Source: Nitrospirales bacterium
GTDB taxonomy: Bacteria; Nitrospirota; Nitrospiria; Nitrospirales; UBA8639
Reading direction: 5' to 3'
DNA: 64,000 bases
Assembly (NCBI GenBank): GCA_965203295.1
Contig: CBDBCZ010000019.1
Span: 416,001 to 480,000, forward strand
Shown: in pieces, positions 21,465 to 33,455 of the stretch
How positions within the stretch are numbered: the first letter of the stretch is position 1
Layout: each line of letters begins with the position of its first letter
Translations under genes and position numbers: made by a program
The notes under the pieces: model-generated
Databases searched by the model: none
What the model was told of the DNA's origin: nothing
The model's input: only the letters and a program-made list of their open reading frames with translations

Positions 21465-22711
21465 CACAGATCGAAGGCTCTCAAGCTGTGGCCACGACGG
21501 TGGCACTGTGTCGTCCGGAGGTCATGGCCTGCTATCCTATTTCACCGCAGACCCACATTGTAGAAGCGCTGTCCCGGCAGGCGAAAGCAGGCGAGATCGG
21601 GAATTGCCAGTTCCTGAGTGTGGAATCCGAATTCGGAGCTTTGAGTGTGTTAATCGGAGCCTCATCTATGGGAGCTCGGACCTATACGGCGACAACCAGC
21701 CAAGGTCTTTTGTTTATGGCAGAAGCCGTGTACAACGCCGCTGGACTGGGTCTACCTATTGTCATGACGATTGCGAATCGGGCTGTTGGGGTACCCATTA
21801 ACATCTGGAATGATCATTCAGACAGTATGGCGTTGCGTGATGCGAGATGGATTCAACTCTTCGCTGAAAACAATCAGGAGGCCGTGGATCTTCATATCCA
21901 AGCTTTTCGTCTAGCGGAAGAACTCAGTTGTCCAGTGATGGTATGTATGGATGGTTATGTTTTGACGCATGCATTCGAGCCGGTGAATCTTCCCAGCCAA
22001 GCCCAGGTCGATGAGTTTCTCCCGCCCTATGAACCGGTTCAAATGTTGGATCCTTCAGATCCTGTGTCCATTGGCGCGATGGTAGGACCAGAGGCTTTTG
22101 CTGAGGTTAAATACCTGGCGTATCATAAACATCTGCGTGCCTTGGAGTTCATCCCTCGTGTGGTTGCCCAGTTCCAGGAACAATTTAATCGCTTCTCTGG
22201 TGGATTGATTGAGCCTTACCATGTTGAAGGGGCTGACACCATTGTCGTGGCCTTAGGGTCGGTGAACGGGACGATTAAGGATGCAGTCGATGAGTTACGT
22301 CAGGAAGGATGGTCTGTGGAATCCGTCAAAATTTCGTCCTACCGACCATTTCCTGCTCACGCGTTACGGCTGGCCCTTGAGTATGCTCAACGGGTGATCG
22401 TCATTGAAAAAGATCTTTCCGTTGGAAATGGCGGAATCCTATCCAGCGAAGTCAAAATGGCTTTGCGTGATTTGCCGATTACGGTTGATACCGTCATCGC
22501 TGGGTTGGGGGGGCGAGCGATCCCTAAAGCATCTATCATTCACCTCGTTCACGAGGCCTGTGGTGAGGGCCTGGAAGAACCGCATTTTCTCGACGTCAAT
22601 TGGACGGCGATCAACAATGAGTTCGTCAGGCAACAAGCCCAGCGGCGCTCAGGACCGACACCGGAGAATGTGTTGCGCGATGTGAACGCCATCGGCGTCA
22701 AAGTGATTTAA
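21458..22711 (+). CDS. porA: 2-oxoacid (pyruvate):ferredoxin oxidoreductase alpha subunit
   Basis: YPISPQT, VESEF, TATTSQGL, NIWNDHSD. Confidence 0.9.
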   Translation: MLTQIEGSQAVATTVALCRPEVMACYPISPQTHIVEALSRQAKAGEIGNCQFLSVESEFGALSVLIGASSMGARTYTATTSQGLLFMAEAVYNAAGLGLPIVMTIANRAVGVPINIWNDHSDSMALRDARWIQLFAENNQEAVDLHIQAFRLAEELSCPVMVCMDGYVLTHAFEPVNLPSQAQVDEFLPPYEPVQMLDPSDPVSIGAMVGPEAFAEVKYLAYHKHLRALEFIPRVVAQFQEQFNRFSGGLIEPYHVEGADTIVVALGSVNGTIKDAVDELRQEGWSVESVKISSYRPFPAHALRLALEYAQRVIVIEKDLSVGNGGILSSEVKMALRDLPITVDTVIAGLGGRAIPKASIIHLVHEACGEGLEEPHFLDVNWTAINNEFVRQQAQRRSGPTPENVLRDVNAIGVKVI

Positions 22712-22730
22712 CTGACCGCATGAGGACCAA

Positions 22731-23741
22731 ATGACCCACCAACGAATCAAATTCTATCAGACGGGAACTTTCACGGTTGGAAACCGCCTACTGGATGAAT
22801 CCGACCGCACTGTTCAGTCTCGGATGGATCGGACCAACTCGCTCGACTCTGGACACCGGGCCTGTCAAGGCTGCGGGGAGGCGTTGGGGGCCCGGTATGC
22901 CATTGATGCCGCCATGCGTGCGACTCAGAATCAGCTTGTCGCGGTTAACGCAACCGGATGTTTGGAAGTGTTTTCCAGTCCGTATCCGGAGAGCGCCTGG
23001 AAAATTCCTTGGATGCATTCGTTATTTGGCAATGCCCCGGCTGTCGAGAGCGGAGTGGCGGCTGCTTTACGAGCGAAAGGCAAAATGGATGTGAGAGTAA
23101 TTGCTCAGGATGGAGACGGAGCGACCGTGGATATTGGATTTGGCTGCCTTTCGGGGATGTTCGAGCGCAATGATGATGTGCTCTACGTCTGTTATGACAA
23201 TGAAGCCTACATGAATACGGGTGTGCAACGATCAGGGGCCACTCCGCCTAGAGCCTGGACGAATACCACGCAGACCGTCGGGAGCCATCCAGGCAATCCC
23301 ATCGGTGTGGGAAAAAATCTCCCTCGTATCGCGATGGCGCATGGCATTTCCTGCGTGGCGACTGCTTCGGTTGCCGATTTGCATGACCTGGAATCCAAGG
23401 TCACCAAAGCCATGGGCATTCGTGGTGCACGCTATATTCATATCCATGTTCCCTGTCCTCTCGGATAGAAGTCGGATCCTGCCCACACGATCAAAGTTGC
23501 TCGTATGGCCGTTGAGAGCGGGTTATTTCCTTTATTTGAAGCTGAATATGGACAGGTCACGGATCGAACCCTTATTCGACAGAAGGTCTCAGTGGAGCGC
23601 TACCTTGAGCTGCAAGGACGATTCAAACATCTATTCGGGGATTCCCCTGACACCGAAGCTATCGCGGCCATACAGGCTATCGCCGATGCCAATGTTCAAC
23701 TCTACGGATTGATGGAAGAAGATTCGAGGCATGGAACGTAA
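22731..23741 (+). pseudogene. porB: 2-oxoacid:ferredoxin oxidoreductase beta (TPP-binding) subunit, TAG at 23466
   Basis: GHRACQGCG, TGC, GDG, DNEAYMNTG, PCPLG* where W is expected; frame continues to 23741. Confidence 0.9.
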
Positions 23742-25270
23742 GCCCTTTGCCATCACACTGAACCCCGACTCAAGCCTGGCCAATCATACGGGAAATTGGC
23801 GGACCATGAGGCCTGTCTATAAAGCTTGGCGGATCATCATGGAGGATAACCCTTTCCCAGCCCTCTATGGACGAGTGTGTTATCACTCCTGTGAAAATGC
23901 GTGTAATCGCAGACAATTGGATGAAGCTGTCAGCATTCATGCTGTGGAACGATTTCTCGGTGACTATGCCATCGAACATGGATGGAGGGTGGAGGCTGGT
24001 CCTTCGACAGGAAAGCACGTGTTGGTGATTGGAGCTGGTCCTAGCGGTTTGTCGGCTGCCTATCATCTTGCTCGTTTTGGTCACAAAGCCACGATATATG
24101 AAGCTGGACAGAAGCCTGGCGGCATGATGCGCTTCGGGATCCCCAAATACCGCTTGCCCAGGGATGTGCTTGATGCTGAGATTGCGAAGATTGAATCCAT
24201 GGGCGTGACGATTAAACTCAATCACGCGGTTAACGATCTCGAGGCAACGATTAAAGAAGGAGCCTTTGATGCGGTGTTTGTCGCCATTGGTGCACATCTG
24301 AGTAAGCGGGTGGAAATACCTGGTCGTGATGCTGGCAGAATCTTGGAGGCGCTGTCCTTTTTGAAAAGAATGGAAACAGGGGATCCCCCAAAACTTGGGC
24401 GTCGAGTCGTGGTCTATGGTGGAGGGAACACGGCTTTGGATGCTGCCCGCACCGCTAAGCGATTAGGAGCGGAGGCGGCGGTCATTGTCTATCGCCGTGA
24501 CCGCGAGCATATGCCAGCCCATGATTTCGAGATGGAAGAGGCTCTGGATGAAGGGATTCTGACTCGATGGCTTCGTACCATTAAGCACGTCGACGACACC
24601 ACCTTCACGGTTGAAGAAATGGAGCTTGATGAGACTGGAAAGCCACAACCGACTGGTCGGTACGAAACACTTGAAGCGGATACATTGATCTTGGCGTTAG
24701 GCCAGGAAGTCGATACCAGTTTTTTGCACTAATGTCCCGGGCCTAGAGATTGCATCTGATAGGATCATCCAAGTTGATGACACTATGATGACAGGTCGAG
24801 CTGGAGTGTTTGCTGGTGGCGATATGCTTCCTGCGGAGCGGACTGTCACCGTTGCGACAGGCCATGGGAAAAAAGCCGCGAGACACATCAATGCGTATCT
24901 TCGTGAGGTTCTGTATGTGAAGCCACCCCAAAACCCACTAGCCACCTTTGATCGGCTCAACACGTGGTACTACACGGATGCTGATCAACGTCAACAACCC
25001 TATTTGGATCTGGCACGGCGTCGAGCAAGTTTTGACGAAGTCGTCGGTGGGCTAGACGAGAACACCGCATTATTGGAAGCCAGACGCTGCTTGTCCTGCG
25101 GAACCTGCTTTGAATGTGATACCTGCTATGGAGTCTGTCCCGACAATGCGGTCATTAAACTCGGGCCGGGCAAACGGTATGCGATAGATTATGACTATTG
25201 TAAAGGCTGTGGGCTCTGCGCGGAAGAATGTCCCTGCGGGGCGATTGATATGGTGAAAGAACGGAAATGA
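23731..25270 (+). pseudogene. GltD-like FAD/NAD(P) oxidoreductase fused to a delta-like 2[4Fe-4S] domain; internal deletion and frameshift near 24725
   Basis: GRVC...CE..C, GAGPSG, GGGNTA, CLSCGTCFECDTC, YCKGCGLCAEECP; the N-terminal PPC..CP segment is missing after RPVY. Confidence 0.85.
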
Positions 25271-25300
25271 GTCCATATTCTTGATGGAAGGAGTGAATCC

Positions 25301-26164
25301 ATGAAAATCGTCTTAGCCGTTGATGGATCTGACCAGTCTTACGAGGCCGTTCGGGCAGTGGAAAGCCTTGCGCCCGTAGAACAATTAATCGTGCTTCACG
25401 CAATGAATATTCCTGGATTGTCCTACCCAACACTCGGGCCGAATCTTGACAAAGAGTTAGCACTCACTGTGGTGCAGGTTATGAACGAAGAGGCTGATCG
25501 CCTCTTGGACAGAGTGATTTCTCTGCTCCCTTCTCACCATGACTCCATCATCAAACGTTTGGAAGAAGGTAACCCAGCGGAGAAGATCTTAAGTGTCGCT
25601 GAAGAATGCAGTACCGATCTCATTGTGATTGGGGCTCGAGGGCTCAACAAGTTTAGCGAGCATGTGTTTGGCAGTGTGTCGCATCGTGTGATGACGCATG
25701 CGCCCTGTTCGACCCTTATCGTTAAGTCACCAATGCGTCACGTGCAGCAGGTGTTGTTGCCGGTGGAAAATGAAAAGGACGCGTCGGTGATCGCAGAATT
25801 TTTGAGCAAAACTCCTTATCGCGAGTCGCCGGCTCTGACGATTCTGCACGTCATTCCTTTCTCAGAGCCTGTCTGGCCGGTGGGAGCGTTGATTCCGGAA
25901 TCGTTCCGAAAAGAGATGATGGACCATGCAGAGGGTATGACAAAGGAAATTGCTTCCCGGTTGAACGGATTGGGATATAAGGCTGAGGGGAAAGCTGTGG
26001 TAGGCGTTCCTTCCTCGGCTATCGTTCAGGAACTGGCGTCCAAGAAATATGACCTTATTCTCATGAGGTCGAAGAACCGGACGGGTATGAGTCGCTTTTT
26101 GTTGGGTAGCGTCTCTCATTCCGTCACTCATCATTCTCCTTGTTCTGTACTCTTTGTTCATTAG
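25301..26164 (+). CDS. Tandem-domain universal stress protein
   Basis: IVLAVDGS, DLIVIGARG...GSVSHRV...APCSTLIV; second domain LLGSVSHSV. Confidence 0.92.
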   Translation: MKIVLAVDGSDQSYEAVRAVESLAPVEQLIVLHAMNIPGLSYPTLGPNLDKELALTVVQVMNEEADRLLDRVISLLPSHHDSIIKRLEEGNPAEKILSVAEECSTDLIVIGARGLNKFSEHVFGSVSHRVMTHAPCSTLIVKSPMRHVQQVLLPVENEKDASVIAEFLSKTPYRESPALTILHVIPFSEPVWPVGALIPESFRKEMMDHAEGMTKEIASRLNGLGYKAEGKAVVGVPSSAIVQELASKKYDLILMRSKNRTGMSRFLLGSVSHSVTHHSPCSVLFVH

Positions 26165-26278
26165 TCTTCAAGGGTATGAAACGGTCTCTCTGATTTGTAA
26201 AGACTTGGATTTAATCTTTCAGATAGTGTTTGGTGAAGGTCCGAAAAGCTCGAGAGGTGTGGCGGGTGGATTCTCACC

Positions 26279-26355
26279 CCGTCATCCCAGAAATGTTTTA
26301 GCGGGGATCCATTTTTTTATAATCCTGGATGCCCGCTAAAGCCTGGGGTATGACG
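26279..26355. repeat. Inverted doublet of CGTC-type REP-like units
   Basis: CCGTCATCCC...TTTAGCGGGGATCCA faces TGGATGCCCGCTAAA...GTATGACGG. Confidence 0.7.
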
Positions 26356-26374
26356 GTGAAAATTCTATGGGGTA

Positions 26375-26613
26375 AAAATTTTATCCCCTTTTGTGTATCT
26401 GTGTGTTCCGCCTTGCGCGTGGCTGAGTCCCAGCGCCGAATCTCACAACTCGGCGAAGACTGTCTGAGCGGAGCGAGTTCTGCAGCCATATGATTCGGTG
26501 CTGGGACGAAGGAGACCCGCAGGGCCAGGCGCGGGCGGGAATGGTTTGGGGTCCTTTTGCCGAAACAAAAGGACCTCGGCGTGAGGGGCCGAAACCCCGC
26601 TCAAATAAAAACG
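26375..26613 (-). repeat. ~235-bp structured repeat, copy 2
   Basis: Reverse complement of 2310-2548 with scattered substitutions. Confidence 0.9.
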
Positions 26614-26714
26614 ATTGAACCAAACATCATGAATGCCCGCTGACGACTGACTTATGTCCCCTGAGAACAGAAGGAATTCTCAACTCGGTTTTTTGCTGAA
26701 TAAGGAAAGATGTT

Positions 26715-26807
26715 GTGAATCGCCAGTGGCTTCTTATTAGTGTTGTCGCGGTCGTCATAGCGATTGTGATTTTCCTTGTCTTCTTTTGCCCAGAAGACTG
26801 TCACTAA
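26715..26807 (+). CDS. 30-aa single-TM peptide ending CPEDCH
   Basis: AAGGA RBS, GTG start, MNRQWLLISVVAVVIAIVIFLVFFCPEDCH. Confidence 0.45.
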   Translation: MNRQWLLISVVAVVIAIVIFLVFFCPEDCH

Positions 26808-26872
26808 CTCTCATTATCCTTAGCATACACGAGAGTTATTCCATCACGTGAGGCACATACTTGGGAAGCGAG

Positions 26873-28234
26873 TTAGGACGACAAGCCTTTCCCTGTTAAT
26901 CTGTCCAACTCCGCTAATGCAACCGAGAGATCGAATCGAGCCTCCGCATAACCACCCAGCGTTGCCCATAAAATCCGTTGGGCATCTAAAACTTCCAAAA
27001 GGCTGGCTTCCCCAAAACGAAAGCTCACCTGCGCAATGCGAACCGCTTCATGAGCTTGCTTGAGCAATCCCTCTTCGTAGGTGATAATCTGGGCCGCTGC
27101 AACTTGAGAAATCTGAAAGTGCTGCGCGACTCTTTTTACGAGATCTTTTTGGACACCGACGAGAGTTGCCTCTGCCTGACGTTTGTTTCCCAGGGCTTGA
27201 GAAATCTCCCCTTGGCGTTGGTACCACAAAGGCAACGCAACGGTCACCCCACCGAGATACCCCTCTCGACCAGCATCTCTTTGGTAGGAACCACTTAGCG
27301 TAATATTAGGAATCCGTTCTTCTTTTTGTTGGAGGTAACGTTGCTCGGTTTCTTCCACAAGTTGCCGGAGCTTGAGTATGATGGGGTGCTGATCAAGAGC
27401 CTGCTCGGACAAACGGTCAAGCTACAGATCCTTGGGAGGATCGGCAAAATCTCCTTGAACAGCGAAATCGGACTCAAAAAATCCCGCCGTCAACGTATTG
27501 AGTGATACCTCGGCGACGCGGACCGCCTCTCGCGTCTTGGTCACTTCTTTTTTGACCTTTAGTATCTCAACATTTATTTTGACAACTTCAAAAGGTGGGG
27601 CTTCTCCAACTTCAATTTCAATTCTCTCCTGCACCGCTCGGGCAAGATTTTGCACGGTCTTGAGATTCTGCAAGGCTAACTTCGCCTTCTTTTCAGCCAG
27701 AACGAGCTCAAAGAACGCGCGCTTGACCCCAGCGGTCAGATCTAATCGTAGTTCATTCAGAACGGATTGGGCGCTTGCCACGGCTGCTTCTGCAGCTTTG
27801 CGTCGTGCCAGCCTTTTGGCAGGCCATTCGAATGGTTGACTCAACGTCACATAACGTTCTGTCACCGAGATGTCACTAGAAGGATCTAACACCGTGCCAT
27901 ATCCTGCTTGCACATCGATGGAGGGATTGGGGTAAGCCGTCTCGGCCAGTTTTTGTCCTTGTTTTTCTTCAACGACTCCCTTCCCTCCCGTCATGAGAGG
28001 ATTGTGTTTCAGCGCGAGCTCGATAATCTCATGGAGGCTATATGTGGAATCCCTTGATTTTCCCTTTTCTCCATAAGCGGGAAGAGTTAAACAAAAGCAT
28101 GTCGAAAAAACCGTTATCCAGAAGGGCAGCATATGTTTTCTGAAGTCCCGTCTTTTCTGAATCATGGATTCCACAAGCCATTGCTTATGGAGTTGAGTAG
28201 ATAAATCTTTTGGTCCTTGGTTGCTTGCCTTCAT
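26873..28234 (-). pseudogene. TolC/CzcC outer membrane factor, in-frame TAG at 27422
   Basis: ALKHNP, YPNP, LSQPFEW, LPLWYQRQG, GEASLLEVLDAQR; the two ORFs share one frame. Confidence 0.88.
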
Positions 28235-31200
28235 GTTTTCCCTCCTCGGCAGATGTGCTGATATAGGGCGGGGAGGACGAATAGAGTCAAGATCGTCGAG
28301 GTGATCAATCCTCCAATAACCACCGTAGCTAAAGGACGTTGAACCTCAGCCCCCATACTGGTAGCCAGAGCCATGGGCAGAAATCTCAAACTGGCTACTA
28401 ACGCGGTCATGAGAACTGGTCTGAATCGGTCCATCGCCCCCTGAACAATTGCCAGATTGATGGACATTGATTCTGCTTCTAGCGAACGTATTCTCGAGAC
28501 CAACACCACGCCATTGAGCACGGCAATCCCGAATAAGGCAACAAAGCCAATGATGGCCGAAATGCTCAGGGGTAGTCCTCGGATCCAAATGGCGAGTAAG
28601 CCTCCTGATAGAGCTAAGGGGACATTCAGGAAAATCAATACAGCTGGTCGTAACGCCCAAAAAATCAAGGTCAGGACCCCGAAAATCCCAATCAGCGTGA
28701 TGGGAACAACCAGAGCCAGGCGTTGGGAAGCTTCTTGAAGATGCTCGTATTGACCCCCCTATTGCACGTAGTACCCAGGGGGCAAGTTCATCGACTCTGC
28801 GATAATCTCCTGAGCCTGGCTAACAAAACTTCCCAAGTCTCGACCGCGGATATTGCTTTCGACGACGATACGACGATGAAGACCCTCACGGCTTACTTGC
28901 GCCGGCCCCTCGTCTACAAAAATGGTCGTTATTCGAGAAAGAGGAACGAGTTCTCCGTGCGGAGTTGGGGCTAATAGATTTCCCAAGGCAGAGGGACCTG
29001 CCGATGCTTTATCCGCGAGCCGGACAACCAGTTGAAACCGACGTTCGCCTTCAAAGACGATTCCTACTACCTGACCAACTCGGGCACTTTGAACAAAACT
29101 CAGGATGTCTGCGGCGTCTACTCCATACCGGGCAATTTGATCTCGATCCACGACAATGCGAATTCTTGGTACTCCAGAAACCTGCTCGACTTTCACGTCC
29201 GCAGCGCCAGGAATCTTTTCGAGGATCCGGGCCAACGACTCAGCCTGTTGACCAAGAATCGCCAAATCCTCCCCGAAAATTTTCACGGCGACATCAGAGC
29301 GCGTTCCAGCGATCAATTCGTTAAACCGCATTTCAATGGGTTGGGTAAAACTTAGCCCAACGCCCGGCACAGAATGCAGAATCGCCTGTTTCATTCTTTC
29401 GATTAACTGCTTCTTTGTGGTCGCGCTTGTCCATTCGTCTCTGGGTTTCAGGTTGACAAAGACGTCGGATAATTCAATACCCATCGGGTCCTTGGCGACT
29501 TCTGGGTTTCCTGTTCGACTCACGACCTGGGTGACTTCGGGAAATTGCCGGATCACTTGTTCGACGGCGAGAGCTGTTTCCACCGATTCACTAATAGACA
29601 CACTCGGAAGTCTCCACACCATGATGGCCATGTCCCCTTCGTCTAATCGTGGCATAAACACTATTCCCAGGGACCCCGCTAAGAGCACGCTTACGGCAAA
29701 TAGCACAATTGTAGGTGTGACGACCCACACAGGACGACGGATCGAAAATCGAAGGACTGGTTCGTACAGGGAAAGTGCCCATTGAACCATCCGCGTTTCA
29801 CGCCCGTGGATTTTTGGACGAGCTAACCAGTAGCCCAACGCAGGGACAACGGTCATGGCAAAAGCCAAAGACCCAGCAAGAGCAAAAATGACCGTGATGG
29901 CCATGGGGCAGAACATTTTTCCTTCAAGACCCGTGAGAGAGAGAACGGGAATATACACAAGAATGATAATGCCAACCGCAAAAGCTACCGGGCGAAGAAC
30001 CTCCCGAGCCGATTCTTGAATGCCGCGCATTCTGGCTTCTGGTGTGGGGTCCTTCATGGTTCCAAGCTTTCGAAGAATGTTGTCAATCATCACCACTGAT
30101 CCATCAACAAGAAGACCGAAATCAATAGCCCCTAGGCTCATCAAATTCCCTGATAGACCTACCTGCACCATACCCATGAAAGCGAGTAACATGGAAAGAG
30201 GAATCGCTGAAGCTACGATGAGACCCGCGCGAAGATCACCTAAAAAGGCAAACAGGATGGCCACGACGAGTAATCCACCTTCCAGCAAATTGTTGCGCAC
30301 GGTTTGAATGACCTGAGAGACAAACACGGAACGATCGTAGTAGGGTTCAAGGATCACGCCGGCAGGTAAGGATTTTTGAATTTCCTGGATTCGAGCTTTC
30401 ACATTCTCAAGCACCTGCTGGGCATTGGTCCCTGCAAGCATTTGAACCATGCCAATAACGGTTTCTCCTTCCCCCATTCTGGTGGCTGCCCCAATTCGGA
30501 GAGCTCCTCCTTCCTGAACCTTGGCCACATCCTTGATATAAATCGGGACTCCCCCAGGGTGGTGATCGACGAGAATTTGCGCGAGATCTTCAACGTTTGA
30601 AGCCAGAGCTTCCCCTCGAATCAGGAATTGTTCCCGTTCATGCTGAATGTAGCCACCGCCGGCCATGGCATTATTGGCTTCGAGGGCTGTAAAGACTTGC
30701 TTGAGAGACAGATTAAAAGCTAACAGTTTCTGGGGGTCGACAATGACCTGATATTGCTTATCTTCACTCCCCAAATATTCACCTCCACGACATCTGGAAC
30801 AGTGCGGAGCCGCCTTCCAATGTCCCATTCCAAGATCGTGCGTAAGGCCATAGGACTGTAACCTTCACCTCGGAGAGTGAACTGATACACTTCCCCTAGG
30901 CCAGTTGTGAGAGGACCCATGATGGGCCGAGCATATTGGCGAGGTATTTGATCGGCTGCGACAGTGACCCGTTCATTCACGAGTTGTCGTATAAGGTAGA
31001 GATCCATGTCATCTTCAAAAATTACGGTGACAACTGAAAGTCCATACCGTGAAATCGACCGAATTTCTCGAAGTCCCGGCAATCCACCCAAGGCTGTTTC
31101 AATGGGAAAAGTGACGAATTGCTCTACCTCAACGGGTCCCAAGGCTGGAGCCCGAGTCAGAACTTGAACCTGAACCGGTGTCAGGTCCGGAACGGCATCA

Positions 31201-31305
31201 ATGGTTAGTTCTCTCAAAGACCAGAAACCTGAGGACCACCATGACGAGAGCGACCAAGGTGAAAAACCGGTACCGAAGTGAAAGATTAAGGAGGCTTTCT
31301 ATAAA
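28231..31305 (-). pseudogene. czcA: CusA/CzcA heavy-metal RND permease with several lesions
   Basis: IDAVPDLT, NLMSLGAIDFG, RPVLMTAL, GAEVQRPLA; TAG at 28759 and frameshifts near 31230, 30770 and 28660. Confidence 0.9.
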
Positions 31306-31317
31306 ATACCTACCGAC

Positions 31318-32478
31318 TTATTCCCCTTGAATCGACTCTTTCATGAGGGCGTTTTTAAGACCAAAGACGCCTTTGGTGACAACTTCGTCTCCAACCATGA
31401 GGCCTTGTTTCACCTCAACCCAACCATCGGCTTCCGGTCCAAGTTCGATCGGGACAAACTGAAATCCTTCTTTGCGCTTGATAAAAACCCCTCGGGTACC
31501 CTCAATGAAGGTTGGAGCAGATACGGGGATAGCCAAGACGGATGCAGATTTCTCAACGAGTCTCACCTCCACATATTCATTGGGCTTTAACTGATCTTGT
31601 GGATTCTCGACATCAAACCTGAAGTGAATCGTAAGCGTGGCTTTATCCGCGAGAGGAGCAATATAGGAAAGGGCTGCCTCAATGGGTTCTCGTCCCTTGG
31701 GTACGATGATTCCTTGGTCACCAATCTTAAAACGCTGGACCTGTTCCACCGGAAGGTTAGCGAATACCCAGACCTCGCTTGTGTCCACGACTTGAAACAA
31801 CTCGTTCCCAGGCAAGACCCCTTATCCTAATACAACGCTTTGCGATGCGATGGTTCCGCTGAGTGGAGCTTTCAAAATATAGCGGTGCCCATGGATATGG
31901 CTGCCCTGAACCAAGTTCAGCAACTCCGCATCGGCCAGACCCATGTTTTGGAGCTTTTCGGTGATGTGTTGATAAACAGCTTTGGCTTCCAAGAATTTGG
32001 CTCGATCTTCTTGGAATCGACGCTCTGAAACGATCTTCTCATCCAGCAATTGTTTTGTTCGTTCAAAGTTCGCTTTGGCAATATCAACTTGAACCTTCGC
32101 GACCAGGAATTCTTGAACGAGTTCATCCAGTTTCAGACTGCCGATTGCGAGAAGAGGCTGCCCCAGACGGACACGCTCACCAAGGTGAACGAACACTTTT
32201 TCAACTTGTCCCTCAATCCGCGAAGAAACTTTGGCAACCCGGTTAAGATCAAGAGCGACTTCCCCCGGAGCTGTGAAGCTTTGGAGAAAGGATCTTTCCT
32301 GAACGATTTCGGTCGACAGGCGTCCTCGAATTTGTTCAGGGACGTTTGCAATGCGTTGCTCTTGGCTTTGTCCCTGGGATGGAGACACAGAAGTCGGTTC
32401 GGATGCTGGAGGAGTTTCTTCAGAACATCCGAATACGAGAGGGAGAACGAATAATATGGACCACCAAGGAATCGCCAA
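31318..32478 (-). pseudogene. RND periplasmic adaptor (CzcB-like), in-frame TAA at 31822
   Basis: Lipobox VFGC, SSRIEG.V, LKAPLSGTI, VWVFANL. Confidence 0.88.
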
Positions 32479-32665
32479 AACCTCCGGCTGATAAAAGATG
32501 GAACTCGCCAGTTCCGTGTCAGGCTTCCAACTGTCGAGCGCGGGAACGTTTCCTGTGCTCTCAAACTGTTGGGAACCGCCTATGTGAAGAATGAGGGCTT
32601 TGGTAAAGAAAGACCCCTTCTTTCACATTGCTGTGGAAACGGAAATTTGGTCTGAAGCAGGCGTA

Positions 32666-33133
32666 TTAGGAAATAAAATGGGGAGGAGGCCGAGACCACT
32701 GAGAAGGTGATAAGAGCCAGAAGGAAATGTTCTCTCCATCTGAAGGGGCATGAGAAACACCATGAAAGAGTAGCGGGCTGAGGATTTTCGCCTCTGTCAT
32801 CATGCTTATGTGAATTGGGTGTTTTTGGGGAGGATCATAAGAGCGGGTTAAGACAGAGAATCCGAACTCTAGTTGATCCAAAAGATGACAAGAGGAATGA
32901 GCTAATTGAAGATGGTCGTGAGATGTTCTTATCGGAGAAGGGGTCGTGTGATGATGGTGATGAAAATCATCATCTGCGTCGTCAGATAGAACTGAGTGGA
33001 AGATTCCTCCATGAGTGTGGTTTGTCCTCTCATGAGCATGTGAAACTTCGGGATGAGCGTGGATTAAAGGGAAGACAACGAGCCAGGAAATCGTCCAGGT
33101 GAGAATGATCGACCGACAAATGAGATGAACCAT
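32666..33133 (-). CDS. His-rich hypothetical protein leading the metal efflux operon
   Basis: Signal/TM, HAHPE, poly-His tract, C-terminal SRPPP; GGAG RBS. Confidence 0.7.
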   Translation of the reverse strand: MVHLICRSIILTWTISWLVVFPLIHAHPEVSHAHERTNHTHGGIFHSVLSDDADDDFHHHHHTTPSPIRTSHDHLQLAHSSCHLLDQLEFGFSVLTRSYDPPQKHPIHISMMTEAKILSPLLFHGVSHAPSDGENISFWLLSPSQWSRPPPHFIS

Positions 33134-33242
33134 ACTCCTCTTCCCTTGGATAAAAAGAGCTTCAAACGATAGATCAAACTAGCAGGGTTGCTTTCAATTT
33201 TTCAATAGGTATGACACACACATAACCGTGCTCCATTAAATA

Positions 33243-33258
33243 AGCAAGAGATATGCCA
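33243..33258 (-). promoter_or_regulatory. Sigma54 promoter for the czc-like operon
   Basis: TGGCAT-ATCTC-TTGCT on the minus strand. Confidence 0.75.
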
Positions 33259-33455
33259 GATTGGTTGTTTTGAGGTAGGAATTGAAAAACGAAGGAAAAT
33301 CTTTGATTCAATAAGGAGATATAACTCTTTGTGAACCGACCACAAAGCCATGGACTCTTAGGAAGAAAAAATATGGAACCCTAATCTTGGAAAATTTGCA
33401 CCAACACACCTCCATAGAAGATTGCAGTTTTGGTACTTTTGTGGGAGAAGCAGAC

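Noticed and set aside
2810..28761. Possible TAG-to-Trp recoding: TAG at apparent Trp positions (2810, 12489, 14277, 23466, 28759)
   Set aside because: A Trp-to-TGA case (4056) and TAA stops also occur, most of the same genes carry frameshifts or deletions, and intact genes (rhlE, hemL, argG, gpmA) end in TAG. Ordinary G-to-A decay explains it.
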